IMG/VR virus record: IMGVR_UViG_3300033073_001410
Coordinates: 1 to 64,000 of that record
From: an uncultured virus (IMG/VR IMGVR_UViG_3300033073_001410)
Lineage: Duplodnaviria; Heunggongvirae; Uroviricota; Caudoviricetes
Reading direction: 5' to 3' (one strand)
Length of the DNA: 64,000 nucleotides
Shown: positions 1 through 11,607 of the stretch, in pieces
Numbering within the stretch: the stretch's first letter is position 1
How the letters are laid out: each line of letters starts with the position of its first letter
Translations under genes and position numbers: made by a program
Notes under the pieces: model-generated
What the model saw: only the letters and a program-made list of their open reading frames with translations
What the model was told of the DNA's origin: nothing
Databases searched by the model: none

Positions 1-3000
1 CCAACCGCTGGGTTAAATGAAGTTGCGGTGTTTTATGTTAATTCAAACGACGTTTATGAAGGTGAGAGATGGAATTTTTCTGATCTTGGAACATTTACCG
101 AGCCTCAAGAGATCTCACACATCTACGCTTGTCCTTTTGGAGATGATATTTTAGCTTTCTCTACTCCTTTAAATGGAATAGGTGGAACCGGAGCCTCCGG
201 TTATGTTTCTAGTGAAATTAATGGAGTTACCGGGGGAAGACTTTTTTATTATCTAAAAGAAACCGATGAATGGAAAGAGACAGTTCCAGATTATACTTGG
301 CCTCACATATATGACATAAGAGCCAAAGGATACGACGGTAAGGACTATTTTTATTATGTCGGTACATCTGAGGGATTATTCACTATACCTCAGGGAACTT
401 TAGAGTATAATTCCCTAATTGGCGGGGAAAAATATATTGAACAAGCCACAGTCTATAATACAAAAACCAGCGGGATCATTTCGGATTATATTTACAGTTT
501 AGATCTAGACGAGAATGGTAATCTTTGGATAGGAACAGATTTGGGACTTTCATTTTTCGACGGCTACCAATTCTGGAATTATCCGATTTCTACAGGTCCT
601 ATAACTAAGGTGGTTTCTAGACCTAATGGCCATGTTTTCTATTCATCCGGTGATGGTGAAAAGTCGGAGGGTACTGGTATTTGGCATTTTAACGGAACAA
701 CCCATACGCAATTCAATTTATCTAACTCTAGCTTACCTGATAATAATGTGTTGGATATCAAATTGGTCAATAGAAACATAACTCAAAACGGCCTGACTGT
801 TTATGAGAATTCTCTATGGGTTTTAAGTGTGAATGAGATTTCTGCATTTAATTACGATATTCCGCATGTCTACGGATCATCTAAATATGAAGGTGCAACC
901 GGATGGAATTTTACATACTTCACAGGAACAGGAGGAACTAGTGCTCCTCTACCAAAAGTTGACAAATATACTTGGCTTTATCCTGATTGGAGGACTTACC
1001 AGGACGATTATCTTGCTCTTAAATTTCCTGGATTAGATCCTAGAAATCTATTTCTAACAACAGAACTTGAAGCCATAGCGGATGGAAGAGCTGGAGAGCA
1101 AGCTTACTGGGACAATTGGCCGGTTGCTTCTTATGAGCAATCATTAATTGTTGAATCTATAACCGGACCGAATTGGAATTCTGTTATACAAGTGGTACAA
1201 CAGTCCAGTGCGGGAGTAACTGGATATGTGAATATTACATCGTCAACATCGATCACTACCAAAGACGGTACTAAGTATTATGTTGGTGGGTACATCACTG
1301 GGGATTTGGTAGTTGACTTTGGTTATTATAATGATTCTTCATTAGCTACACTTTCACAATTAAATCCAACTATAGGAGGATCTACGAATGTATCTGTAGA
1401 CGATTACAGCTCCTTAGATAATGGAAAGATGGGATTCATAGTTTCTTATAATGAAAAGGGAAATGTTGATTCGATACTTCCTTTCAGAGGATACAGTACG
1501 GAAATCCAAGATTTGGCTCCTTCCCCAGACGGTGAATTTATAATTGCTACCGGAATATTCGATAGGTTTATGGAAAGTGGACCTTATGTTTGGGATTCTA
1601 AGGAGGGAGAGGTAGTTTTAAGAGGTGGACCAACCGGTGCTCCTTCCGGTGTAACTACGAGGAATGTTGCCGGTCTAACGTCAGGCTCTTATCCTTGGAT
1701 TTATCAGGACTCTTTTTTAATTAATGATGACTGGACATATCTCAACTCTGATTTTGGTCAAACATCTACGAGATTTGATTTAGGGTTTTCCGGATCTGCA
1801 ACTTGGGAAAACATAGATAGAATATACGTCAACTATGATTCAGTTGGTGGTAATTATTCTTCTGATATGAACTCTCTGACTACTGCGAATTCAATCAGAC
1901 TTAATTACGTACCGACCTTTGCTAGAGCTTATTACACAATAAAATCTATAGTTACCTTACCTAATAATCCTACTGGGCTATTATTTAATGTCGCATATTC
2001 GGAATTTCAGAATGTCGGAGCAACTTCCGGTACTTTTGCACAGACCAGCGGTGACACTTTCAATTTAGATTTTTGGGATTCCAGTCAATATTCATATCCA
2101 CTAGTAACTGATCTTTCTTCAAGATCCACAGTTTGGAATGCTAATGACTATACAGCCAATTCTATCTTTGTTGCAAAAATAGGATCAGATCTGGGTAATA
2201 CGTTTACTTTTAATGGCTTAGCTGCTACTGGGGATTATAACCGTAATTTAAGAAGTTCATATAGAGGACTTTCATTCAGAAATTTCCCTGGTAAATATTT
2301 CTTAGATTCAACTTTGGGTGACATTAAAGAATCTAAGGTTGATGTAACCAAATATTCTGTTAATCTAGGTTTAAGATCTACTCCATATTTTACTCCCACG
2401 TCTTATACAGCTGAGATTAGTACATTAAAAAACTCTTGGGTAAGAAGTAATGACTATACGTCAGCTCCTGATTATATTTTAGGCTCTACCACCGACATAT
2501 CTCAAAACTGGACATATGATTCAGTTTTATCATACGTTAGATTGTCAGTGGATGATCTAGCTCTTGTGTCTGGATCTACTTCGGAAAGCATTTATCCAGG
2601 AACTGGATCTACCTCTGCCGATCGAATGATTAAATCGGTTAAATCATCGGAAGATAATAATTCCACGTTAATATCCGGCGTTTCTAACAGGAACTTTAAT
2701 TTCGGTGGAATTGGTCTAACTGGGATATCTGATGTCTATACTCCTTTCTACGAGATATTGAATAATGATGGTATTGGAGTAACTGGATCTTTCCTAAATG
2801 GAACAACCGGATCTTCATCATATCCAGTAGCAGCTAAAGATGATTCATCTTACTACTTAACATCCGTTTTTGGAACAGCTGGATTCTATTTTGGTGATAA
2901 TTTTTCTTCTGGTATGACGGGAGGAACTAATTTGTTAACAGCAAGAATAACTGGACAGGGTACAACTCTAAGTACTTTTAATAATCACATAGATCTAGAT

Positions 3001-3867
3001 CCTGTTGGAATATCTTTGGAGAATGCTTGGATTTTACCTAACGATAATTATCTAATCGATTATAGAGAAACAACTGGAGCAACATCATATTCGGTAGGGC
3101 TACTAAAAACTAATAGGTTAAATAAAAACCTTGATAGTAAGGTTATCCAGATCTCGGAAAATAATACTTTTAATCAGAATATAAGTCTAACCTCCAACGT
3201 TGATTCATCCGGAAATATACTCTTATCCGGATACAACTACGGTGCAACTGGATCTGGATTCATAGATGTTGATCAAAATTCAGGATTTACTTTTTTAAGT
3301 AAACAATACGTACCTGATTTGGGCATAAATTTAGGAAACATAATATCCAGAGCAGGATCTGGAGCTTGGACGTGGTGCGACGTACACTCCACAGATAGAG
3401 GAATGCAGGTTCCTCTCCTCTCTACTGTTATTTTCAGCAATTATGCTTCCAATATCTACGGAAAGCAGAATAACACATGGATACTTTCAAATTCAATAAC
3501 CGGAGAAGAGATACTTAATGTGAAAAGTACACCTTACTTTATATTTACATTCTCTGAAGCTGGCAATTACACTATATTTAATCAGGTAGAAGATTCATTC
3601 GGAAACGTTTATGCAGTTACCAAGCCTGGATTTATAGAGGTTGTCAATCACAAAGTTAAAAAACCAGAAGATAAGAATCCTGATTATGTTGATTCATTCG
3701 ACTACGGTCAACCTGAACCTTTTGCAGGAAGAGACACTCAAGCTCTCAAATTATCCAAGGATTTAGCAGAGGAGCAAAGAAGAATTATGGAGCAAGCACC
3801 ACAACCACCAATAGGGACAGGATTAGTTATTCCAAATAACCCTGACGCTACATTTAGGGAAGATTAA
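1..3867 (+). CDS. Large virion-associated protein with beta-propeller (two-component-regulator-propeller-like) repeats and C-terminal PKD-like segment; 5'-truncated by window edge
   Basis: Frame is open from base 1; repeats such as SDYIYSLDLDENGNLWIGTDLGLSFFDG and LPDNNVLDI..LWV; C-terminal FTFSEAGNYTI..VEDSFGN PKD-like motif; S/T/G-rich. Confidence 0.6.
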   Translation, partial: PTAGLNEVAVFYVNSNDVYEGERWNFSDLGTFTEPQEISHIYACPFGDDILAFSTPLNGIGGTGASGYVSSEINGVTGGRLFYYLKETDEWKETVPDYTWPHIYDIRAKGYDGKDYFYYVGTSEGLFTIPQGTLEYNSLIGGEKYIEQATVYNTKTSGIISDYIYSLDLDENGNLWIGTDLGLSFFDGYQFWNYPISTGPITKVVSRPNGHVFYSSGDGEKSEGTGIWHFNGTTHTQFNLSNSSLPDNNVLDIKLVNRNITQNGLTVYENSLWVLSVNEISAFNYDIPHVYGSSKYEGATGWNFTYFTGTGGTSAPLPKVDKYTWLYPDWRTYQDDYLALKFPGLDPRNLFLTTELEAIADGRAGEQAYWDNWPVASYEQSLIVESITGPNWNSVIQVVQQSSAGVTGYVNITSSTSITTKDGTKYYVGGYITGDLVVDFGYYNDSSLATLSQLNPTIGGSTNVSVDDYSSLDNGKMGFIVSYNEKGNVDSILPFRGYSTEIQDLAPSPDGEFIIATGIFDRFMESGPYVWDSKEGEVVLRGGPTGAPSGVTTRNVAGLTSGSYPWIYQDSFLINDDWTYLNSDFGQTSTRFDLGFSGSATWENIDRIYVNYDSVGGNYSSDMNSLTTANSIRLNYVPTFARAYYTIKSIVTLPNNPTGLLFNVAYSEFQNVGATSGTFAQTSGDTFNLDFWDSSQYSYPLVTDLSSRSTVWNANDYTANSIFVAKIGSDLGNTFTFNGLAATGDYNRNLRSSYRGLSFRNFPGKYFLDSTLGDIKESKVDVTKYSVNLGLRSTPYFTPTSYTAEISTLKNSWVRSNDYTSAPDYILGSTTDISQNWTYDSVLSYVRLSVDDLALVSGSTSESIYPGTGSTSADRMIKSVKSSEDNNSTLISGVSNRNFNFGGIGLTGISDVYTPFYEILNNDGIGVTGSFLNGTTGSSSYPVAAKDDSSYYLTSVFGTAGFYFGDNFSSGMTGGTNLLTARITGQGTTLSTFNNHIDLDPVGISLENAWILPNDNYLIDYRETTGATSYSVGLLKTNRLNKNLDSKVIQISENNTFNQNISLTSNVDSSGNILLSGYNYGATGSGFIDVDQNSGFTFLSKQYVPDLGINLGNIISRAGSGAWTWCDVHSTDRGMQVPLLSTVIFSNYASNIYGKQNNTWILSNSITGEEILNVKSTPYFIFTFSEAGNYTIFNQVEDSFGNVYAVTKPGFIEVVNHKVKKPEDKNPDYVDSFDYGQPEPFAGRDTQALKLSKDLAEEQRRIMEQAPQPPIGTGLVIPNNPDATFRED

Positions 3868-4613
3868 GGATTTTTTTCCTCCCAATCATCAAATGTTTCC
3901 TCTATAATTTTAACAATAGGATCTCTTACGATATCTGCAACCTCAAACTTCATTGTTCCTATATCTGGCTTGCTTTCAAACAGATTGACTACTAAATCTA
4001 GTGATGATAGCTTGGAGTTTTTCATGTCGATTTGTTTAGTGTCTCCTGTAATGATCATCTTTGTGTCTGTGCCTATCCTCGTCATAGTAGATCTCATGTT
4101 CTTGCGGGTAATGTTCTGAGCTTCGTCGACAATGATAATTGAATTATCGATGGATCTACCTCTAATGTATGCTAAAGGTAAAACTTCAATAAATCCTTGA
4201 TCTAGCATAATCTGCGTCATTGCTTCTCCTATTAACTTATGGAAGTTGTCTAGGAATGATATAGTAAATGGGTACATCTTTTCTTTAAGATCCCCTTTTA
4301 GGAATCCAACCTCCTCTCCTTCAAGTACAGTAACACTTTTAACTAGAATAATTTTTTTAAATCTAGGATCACTCTTTAGAAGCTTTAATGCCTGAGCACA
4401 CGCAACATATGTTTTACCAGTTCCTGCTGGTCCTGCGGCTATTGTTATTTTATTTTGATTTATCAGACCTATAAGTTTTTTCTGACTTTCGTTTTTATAC
4501 TTATATTCAACTTTAAGTCTTTGTACATCAAATTTGGATGAATTTGGTGGTTGATATCCGATAGGAAATGTTTCATAAAACTCATCATCGGTCATTCTTT
4601 TCTTTCTAGCCAT
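3864..4613 (-). CDS. phoH: PhoH-family ATPase
   Basis: GPAGTGKT Walker A, GFLKGDLKEK, YIRGRS, IIVDEAQN, TGDTKQID, DIVRDPIV motifs. Confidence 0.95.
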   Translation of the reverse strand: MARKKRMTDDEFYETFPIGYQPPNSSKFDVQRLKVEYKYKNESQKKLIGLINQNKITIAAGPAGTGKTYVACAQALKLLKSDPRFKKIILVKSVTVLEGEEVGFLKGDLKEKMYPFTISFLDNFHKLIGEAMTQIMLDQGFIEVLPLAYIRGRSIDNSIIIVDEAQNITRKNMRSTMTRIGTDTKMIITGDTKQIDMKNSKLSSLDLVVNLFESKPDIGTMKFEVADIVRDPIVKIIEETFDDWEEKNP

Positions 4614-4799
4614 TTAATATTTGTTTTTTTGTTTTGATTGGGTATGATTCACCCTTAAGGTAACCCTTAAAAATTAGAGATATTTTTCGTGATTTGGAGA
4701 AATAAAACATCTTTTTTGTAGTTAAAGAGATGTCTTTAAAATATTTTTTAAGGAGTTTGAATCTTTGTCCCTTCATATTTAAGTGTTGTCTGTGACATC

Positions 4800-4807
4800 G
4801 ATATATA
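4800..4807 (+). promoter_or_regulatory. Putative late promoter GATATATA
   Basis: Recurrent intergenic octamer; 30 nt upstream of the structural operon. Confidence 0.6.
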
Positions 4808-4837
4808 TTTCGCTTTTAAAACAAACAACTAACAAAA

Positions 4838-5743
4838 ATGGCAACTGTAAACATTAATGAAATTTTAGGTTCGGATTCAATATCTGGATCCAGAGTAACC
4901 ATTAACTCCAATTTCCTGACTCTTCAGAATTGGATTAATGGATATGTTAACGTATTTGGAATCGATACTGTTAACGGCATTTTAGATCTCACTGGTGCTT
5001 CAACCGGTAGAATCTCTGCTAAGATTGGTAAGTTTGATTCCATTTCACTTCCATCAACTGGTGCATCGACAGCATCTATTAATAATCTAGGTCAAGCTTC
5101 TTTTGCTAGTGTACAAACCACTACATTTACAGCTTCTGGAGCCGTTACAGCTTCTTCAACGATAACATTTGGTACATCCTCAGTTTTCACAGTAGGAGGT
5201 ACAGCAAGCTTCAATGGACCGTTAAGCGCTAATGCAGCTTTATACCTCGGAGTTCAAGGACATGTAATAAGCCAGAATACAACATATTCTTCAGGAGCTA
5301 CTGCAGGTACAGCATTTCCGGCTAATACAGCAGGAGGTGGTGGTAGATACACATCGGTGAATTCCCCTTATGCTGTAACAGGTTTGGAAGACGTTATTTA
5401 CGCTGAGTGTGGTCCAACTGGATTCTATATGAAAGTTGTTGACGGAACTTCTCCGGTAGGTGGAACTCTTCCTAACTTACCACAGGGAACTAGAATTACC
5501 ATAGTAAATACTACTGCAGCTACTGGATACATCCGTACAGGAGTAACTGGATCAACTAGTTACTACACTGGATTTAATACTGCTTCTGCTTATGGAGGAT
5601 TTTCTACGTCAGGAATTGTTATCCCTCAGAATAAAGCATACAGATCATCAGTTACTTTACAATGGGAACCTAGAGTTGGTCAGGGACAAGCTACACAAAA
5701 CGGATCTTGGATAGTTATCGGATCTTCTAATGTGACAGTTTAA
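4838..5743 (+). CDS. Virion structural protein (fibre-like N-terminal anchor motif)
   Basis: N-terminus INEILGSDSISGSRVTINSNF resembles the N-termini of the fibre paralogues at 17-22 kb; G/S/T-rich. Confidence 0.5.
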   Translation: MATVNINEILGSDSISGSRVTINSNFLTLQNWINGYVNVFGIDTVNGILDLTGASTGRISAKIGKFDSISLPSTGASTASINNLGQASFASVQTTTFTASGAVTASSTITFGTSSVFTVGGTASFNGPLSANAALYLGVQGHVISQNTTYSSGATAGTAFPANTAGGGGRYTSVNSPYAVTGLEDVIYAECGPTGFYMKVVDGTSPVGGTLPNLPQGTRITIVNTTAATGYIRTGVTGSTSYYTGFNTASAYGGFSTSGIVIPQNKAYRSSVTLQWEPRVGQGQATQNGSWIVIGSSNVTV

Positions 5744-5763
5744 TTATAAAATTAGAAAAATAA

Positions 5764-7962
5764 ATGGCAAAGACACCTTTCATAAGGCCTTTACAGATAC
5801 AGGGAGGAACTTTCTATACCTTTTCATCGTCAGCAGAAGATCTCTCTTTTACTTTCAATAATTCTGTAAATAAATTCAGATTTTCAAAGTTTGCTTTGTT
5901 AAATATCCCAGATATTGACAATAGCTCTAGTTCTTATGATAATATTATCAGATTGAATGGACCTGACAGCGCTTTTTTAGATTGGGCTAATAACACTCAA
6001 CAGATAATAACAGGTAATGCCAACATTGATTTCTCTCAGAGTTTTCAGAGTTATTGTTTGAATTTAGAAAGCACAGTAATTAGTACAGACGATTATAATT
6101 CCGATCTAAAGCAGAATGTTTCTGAGAGAATATTTTTTAAATGGTTAAGAGAAATCGGGGCCATAAGATTTAGAGCTGCGAATAGCTCGGAGGTAGTTTC
6201 CACGTTAGATCAGAATACGGTAACAACAGTAAGTGGACTTCCCGTTACTGAGAAAAGATATGTAGAAGGTGATGCTACAGCAGGAACTACTGGAGCATAT
6301 GGAATGACTGGAGCTTCTTATAATAGAGTAGTCCAATATATCGGTAACCTTGATATCGTCAACTCAGTTAAAAATTCTACCAACACGTATTCTGAGGTTT
6401 ACGTTATGGTTCCAACCAAAGACGGTAATACTCCTTCCGTACTTTTTAAAAATATAGTAGATCAGAATTATTATCCAGATTATCAATGGACGAACGATCC
6501 TAGTAATCCTTTGAATGATGAGTATCTTTTCGGAAGAAATTATGATGATGTCAACCCTAGCGGTTTGACAACTTTGGCTATTTTTGATGATGATGTTCTT
6601 GGATCTCCTACTGCTACTTATTTTGACACTGGAGTAAGTGGGGCAACCGCTTCAGGTAATTGGTATTCTCCGAGAGATACCGCTAATACCTATTTTACTG
6701 ATCCATCGTTTGTGGATCCCTCCAATTATATACTAACTAAGTCGGATAACTCACAATCATTAACTTATGTTAGAAGTAAGCTCGACTCTATAGGGATAGA
6801 CTTCGATCCAAATTCATACCAGCAAATAGTATCAGATCCGAATATATCAACATTAGAAGAATTTAATTCAACCGCAGCGGCAGCAGATTTTGAGTTTAAT
6901 GCAGTTTTAATCTATTATGATGTATATGATCCAGCTAACACTTCAGATGTTGCTACGAACTTATATGGGGTTCTTTTCTTAGATGATGTTAATATTACTA
7001 GTGGTGATGTATTCATTCCTAGATTACAAAAGAATAGACCAAATCCAGTAACAAAATTAAACGGTAACTCTTACGGATTTAAGATCAATCTTAAATTTGA
7101 TACCGACATAGATCAGACTGGAGTAGAACAGGCGATAAATGATTATTCACCATTCTCATTGTCCATGTTCATGGATGCGATGAACGTCCTACAAGATGCT
7201 AGTTCGACCTTAAATAATACTGTTGTTCAATTCATAGATGTATCGGAGAGGGTTTCTAATCTTGAAACTTTGGTTCTTTCCACTGAAACATCTCTGGATC
7301 TGAATGCAAGAATAACATCGCTGGAACAAACGATAGCTGCAAATCAGGCACTATTCAATAACACGCAAGCTGTTATGAACCTGATTAATCAGAACTATGA
7401 TTTGGTTAGAGCATTAATAAATAACGAGACTAGTGTAGAGGTTTCGTATAATTTGGATTTGTTGAAACAAGGAACTGGAATTCTTTTAGATAGAGCAGTT
7501 CCTAATGAGGTTACAGTTAAAAACAGTAATCAGGATTTCAATATTGGAGCCAATAATGGTAAGGGTACTTTAACCCAAACCGGGGCCAATGAGATAGTCC
7601 TATTGGAATTTTCCAACTATTTTAAACACGTAAATAACGGAAATCCAATTACTCTTACCCAAGACTTAACTATCCGTATTAAGGATACAAATAAATGGAA
7701 GAATGGACAAAGATTTAGATTCTCCTTTGGAGATCCGATATACCCAGGTAATTTCTTAGTAAAGATCTTAACTGATTCACAAGGTCTTTATCCTTTAACT
7801 AGTCCTAGTGGAGTTGCTTACTCGACTAACATTATAACATTGGATGAATCTATTTTCTCTAGTGAATCTTACAAACCTGTTTTTGAGATAGTTTGTATAG
7901 ATCAGCAAAATTTGAAATTCCAGGTTGATATAATAGGAAAAAGTTTGACCAACAATAATTAA
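5764..7962 (+). CDS. Putative virion structural (baseplate/tail) protein
   Basis: 732 aa in structural operon; coiled-coil segment near aa 480-550; no catalytic motifs seen. Confidence 0.5.
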   Translation: MAKTPFIRPLQIQGGTFYTFSSSAEDLSFTFNNSVNKFRFSKFALLNIPDIDNSSSSYDNIIRLNGPDSAFLDWANNTQQIITGNANIDFSQSFQSYCLNLESTVISTDDYNSDLKQNVSERIFFKWLREIGAIRFRAANSSEVVSTLDQNTVTTVSGLPVTEKRYVEGDATAGTTGAYGMTGASYNRVVQYIGNLDIVNSVKNSTNTYSEVYVMVPTKDGNTPSVLFKNIVDQNYYPDYQWTNDPSNPLNDEYLFGRNYDDVNPSGLTTLAIFDDDVLGSPTATYFDTGVSGATASGNWYSPRDTANTYFTDPSFVDPSNYILTKSDNSQSLTYVRSKLDSIGIDFDPNSYQQIVSDPNISTLEEFNSTAAAADFEFNAVLIYYDVYDPANTSDVATNLYGVLFLDDVNITSGDVFIPRLQKNRPNPVTKLNGNSYGFKINLKFDTDIDQTGVEQAINDYSPFSLSMFMDAMNVLQDASSTLNNTVVQFIDVSERVSNLETLVLSTETSLDLNARITSLEQTIAANQALFNNTQAVMNLINQNYDLVRALINNETSVEVSYNLDLLKQGTGILLDRAVPNEVTVKNSNQDFNIGANNGKGTLTQTGANEIVLLEFSNYFKHVNNGNPITLTQDLTIRIKDTNKWKNGQRFRFSFGDPIYPGNFLVKILTDSQGLYPLTSPSGVAYSTNIITLDESIFSSESYKPVFEIVCIDQQNLKFQVDIIGKSLTNNN

Positions 7963-7979
7963 AAACAAAGGTACCTAAA

Positions 7980-10900
7980 ATGGCAGGAACACAAAATAGT
8001 ATTAGCTCTTTATTAGCTCAATTTCTTAGATTACAGAAGAACTCTTTGGAGATAATGAATGGTCTCACGGAGGCAACAGTTTCTACTAACGAAACTGTTA
8101 GCATAGAAGTTCTTGACGAGCAGGGACTTCCTAAGAACGCTAACGTACCATCTTACGGATATCTGAAGAGTCAAATAGATCGCTTAGATAATAACGTAAA
8201 AGCACTAGCTGGAATTGGAGAAACCTCTGCTACTGTTAGAAACCCGGATGGCACATATTCGCAGATTTTTAAATATAGTACTTTAAGAGAACCTCCAAGA
8301 ATAACTAATTTGGAAGTTCCTAGCACGTTTAGTGTGAAGGATAACTGGTTCTTTGAAAGTTTTTTAAACCCGCTACTTTACATTAATATCAATGTAACTG
8401 GTCAGATCCAGGATTTAGCTGACAGAATAGTAGTAAAAAGAATTATAGCTAACACAGAAACAGATGAGCAAAAGCAGTATTTCGATCTTCAACTTAAAGG
8501 TAGAAATGATCTATCTTATGACCAATTTATTTCCCTATTGGGAGATAACGGTATTGGCTATTTCGTCGATGAGGATATAGTCCAGCTTCCCCTGAGAACC
8601 CTTCGATATATCGGAGGATTTTCTGTACTGGGGTATTATGACGATACGGTTACAACCACAGATCAATTTGGTAACCAGGTACAACAGTTAAGAAGAAATT
8701 ACAAACTAGATAAACTAACTTATACTGATACAGCATCGGGTGTTCCTGATGGTAAATCTCTTTCCCCTAAGGATACTATCACTACAGAGGACGGAAGCAG
8801 ATATCAGATAACATCTGTTAATTTAGATCAAACTTCAATACAGGTAAAAAGAATATCAGGATATCAACCTATACAGATAGGTGCTAATGTTCTAAATATC
8901 TCATCACCTGATTTTGGTTCTAGATATGCTCAAGTAAATGTTGGGTATAATGAAAGACAGGGTATTTTCTTCAAGAGTATTGATGATGATTTCAATATAG
9001 TAGCAGCAGTTTGGTCTACCGGTATTATATTTTGGAGCAATGAACTTAGAACAAAAAATTCTAACGGTGAAATTGTTACCTTGGAGAACTATTATTTGAA
9101 CGAGGTTTCTGATTTTGGTAAAATATTTCTAGGTGCAGCTAAAGAGAAGCCAATCCCTGCAATAGAGGGATTAACCCCCGATGCTCCTTTAGTTACTAAT
9201 AGTAGCTTTAAGGTTGTTCAGATCAACAAGCAGGTAACCCAATCAGTTTCTATAAAAACAATAGAAAGTAAGCTTAACGCAAAAACTGCTTTAAAGAGTG
9301 AGCTCGCTGCATTGGATTCTGCAATCAATGATGCACAAGCCCAATTAAATATAGGACTTAGCCAGACTACTTCATCTTCAAATACATCTGGATCTAATAC
9401 TAACAAATCTATTGCTGCTAGCGCAACTACATCACCTCCGGGTGTAAATAGCGACTCAGTTAAGGCTAATCTAAATAACCTTATCAATGAGAAGACTAAG
9501 AAGTCCCAACTATATTCTTCTTTAGTAGAGGAGGTTAGCACATTGACTAAGGACGTTCCTCAGATAGTAACTCCACCTAAGTATAGAGTTAGAGGATTTT
9601 GGCCAATTCCTGCTCCTAAAGAAGATCCAAACACAGGAACTCAGAGTGTAATCCAATTTGCAGTTAGATACCGATATCTAACAGATGGTGGATCAGCTCA
9701 ACCTTCAGAGCAAATAGAATTTGTAGATAACGATGGTCAGAAAAAAAATGCTGCATTTTCTAATTGGACTGAATATAAAACTGACATCAGAAAAAAAGTA
9801 TACGATACAAATAAAGGTATTTATGTCTGGGCAGATGAGATTACATCCGATTCTAATGTACAAAACATAAACCAATTAGATATTCCGATTACAAAAGGGG
9901 AAAGAGTTGAAATTCAAGTAGCTTCAATTTCTGAAGCAGGATGGCCAAGTAATCCATTAGCTTCTGGATATTCAGAATCTGTTATAATTTCATTCCCTGA
10001 CGATCTTAGCGTTAATGGAATATCTGATACACTGGTTAAAAATAATCAGGATGCTGCTGTAGTGGAAGTTCAGAAATCATTAACTTCTCAAGGTCTTCCT
10101 ATACACCTTTCGCAACAGTTTACTGAGAATGGTAAGACATATGTCCATGATTCTACTAGCATAGCTAGTGGATTCTATAATTCTAGCGGTTTAGTTGTGA
10201 GTCTTTTTGATAAGCTCCAAGAGATGCAGAATCAAATACTTATACTTACTGCTCAATTGAATAACGCTAAGGGCATTCTTGAAGTTTATGTTGTAGATTC
10301 AACCAACAATAAAATAAAGGTTTCTAAAGGATCTTTGGTTAAGATCAATGCTGGTTATTACAGTGACATTTTCACTAATCCATTGACAACCGATGCTGGT
10401 AAAGTAGCCTCATTTACATACAATGTTCAGCTTTATAACAGTCAAGCTTCTATGGTAGAGCTTGCTTCCTTGATCCCTGGAGGTCTTGGTGTTAAAGCTC
10501 CATCTACAGTTTCACCAAATACCTATCCAATAGGATATGATGATAATTTAAGATATGGCGATTGTCCAATATCAATAACGTCTCTTACATTGACAGACCC
10601 TGCTATTGAGGACAATACTTATTTTAGACAGGCTCCACCTTTTGCTTCAGCAAGTTCATATTCGCAATACATCTATCCTAGATTTAAAAGCGTCGGATAT
10701 GACCAGGATCTTTACAATGGAGGGGTAACTAACGCTTCTAGTTTTACTGCATTATACGATCCAAACTATGCTTATGATGGATCTATATCGGGAACTATAA
10801 ATTTTGGAATCAGCGGAACTTATCCTCAAAACGGAACGATCATGATACCTTATGATCCATCTAATACACCATCGGTAGTTTCAGGAGCCACAGCTTCTAA

Positions 10901-11588
10901 TATCTGGTTAGGTTCATTCAGTGGTACTACTGGAGGAACCCCTAATGGTGGTGGTGCTATTTCTGAGTTCTGTGTCGATATAAACCACCCATATCTAGTA
11001 TCAGTAGGTGAGAGTTATTCGTTTGTAAACTATGCTGATTTGGTTAAGCCTTATGCTGCTAGTACTAAAGTATATCCTCCTTTTAGACATACTCAGACAT
11101 TCTGGGGAGATACCACATTAGATTATTATTGGGCTCAACAGTCTTACCGTACACCAGTAACTTTTGCTACTGGAGCTACCGCTTCGAGAGACGATAGAAT
11201 GTATGCAGATAAATTAGGATTTACCTCAAATGATGAATATCTAATTGGTAAATTCTCATGCGGTGCCTATTTATATCTAGGACCGGCAACGGCATCTTCT
11301 GTTCAAGTAGACGGAAGCACCTCTCTATCTACTAGAATGCTAGCAGACGGTGAGACAAATGCTATAAACATTCCTTTAATCTTCCAATTTAGAGCTGTTG
11401 ATAAAGCAGGATTTATTGGAGGGTGGAGAAAATCCGGGACCTTATCGAATATTACATACACTAAAAAGCTTGGTGTTGACGTCCAAGTTAAAAACGAGGA
11501 TACCTTCTCATTTGATGTCCAAGTGAGTGGTTCTTATAAAAATGATACTCTAGTTGCTCCTAACTTTGACAGCGGAACTACTAGCTAA
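7980..11588 (+). CDS. Putative virion structural (baseplate/tail) protein
   Basis: 1202 aa; coiled coils and beta-rich regions; operon context. Confidence 0.5.
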   Translation: MAGTQNSISSLLAQFLRLQKNSLEIMNGLTEATVSTNETVSIEVLDEQGLPKNANVPSYGYLKSQIDRLDNNVKALAGIGETSATVRNPDGTYSQIFKYSTLREPPRITNLEVPSTFSVKDNWFFESFLNPLLYININVTGQIQDLADRIVVKRIIANTETDEQKQYFDLQLKGRNDLSYDQFISLLGDNGIGYFVDEDIVQLPLRTLRYIGGFSVLGYYDDTVTTTDQFGNQVQQLRRNYKLDKLTYTDTASGVPDGKSLSPKDTITTEDGSRYQITSVNLDQTSIQVKRISGYQPIQIGANVLNISSPDFGSRYAQVNVGYNERQGIFFKSIDDDFNIVAAVWSTGIIFWSNELRTKNSNGEIVTLENYYLNEVSDFGKIFLGAAKEKPIPAIEGLTPDAPLVTNSSFKVVQINKQVTQSVSIKTIESKLNAKTALKSELAALDSAINDAQAQLNIGLSQTTSSSNTSGSNTNKSIAASATTSPPGVNSDSVKANLNNLINEKTKKSQLYSSLVEEVSTLTKDVPQIVTPPKYRVRGFWPIPAPKEDPNTGTQSVIQFAVRYRYLTDGGSAQPSEQIEFVDNDGQKKNAAFSNWTEYKTDIRKKVYDTNKGIYVWADEITSDSNVQNINQLDIPITKGERVEIQVASISEAGWPSNPLASGYSESVIISFPDDLSVNGISDTLVKNNQDAAVVEVQKSLTSQGLPIHLSQQFTENGKTYVHDSTSIASGFYNSSGLVVSLFDKLQEMQNQILILTAQLNNAKGILEVYVVDSTNNKIKVSKGSLVKINAGYYSDIFTNPLTTDAGKVASFTYNVQLYNSQASMVELASLIPGGLGVKAPSTVSPNTYPIGYDDNLRYGDCPISITSLTLTDPAIEDNTYFRQAPPFASASSYSQYIYPRFKSVGYDQDLYNGGVTNASSFTALYDPNYAYDGSISGTINFGISGTYPQNGTIMIPYDPSNTPSVVSGATASNIWLGSFSGTTGGTPNGGGAISEFCVDINHPYLVSVGESYSFVNYADLVKPYAASTKVYPPFRHTQTFWGDTTLDYYWAQQSYRTPVTFATGATASRDDRMYADKLGFTSNDEYLIGKFSCGAYLYLGPATASSVQVDGSTSLSTRMLADGETNAINIPLIFQFRAVDKAGFIGGWRKSGTLSNITYTKKLGVDVQVKNEDTFSFDVQVSGSYKNDTLVAPNFDSGTTS

Positions 11589-11607
11589 ACAAACTAAAAA
11601 ATGATTT

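Noticed and set aside
4614..4799. Divergent intergenic region with ACCCTTAA direct repeat as an origin or ncRNA
   Set aside because: Only two short copies and no extended structure; insufficient support
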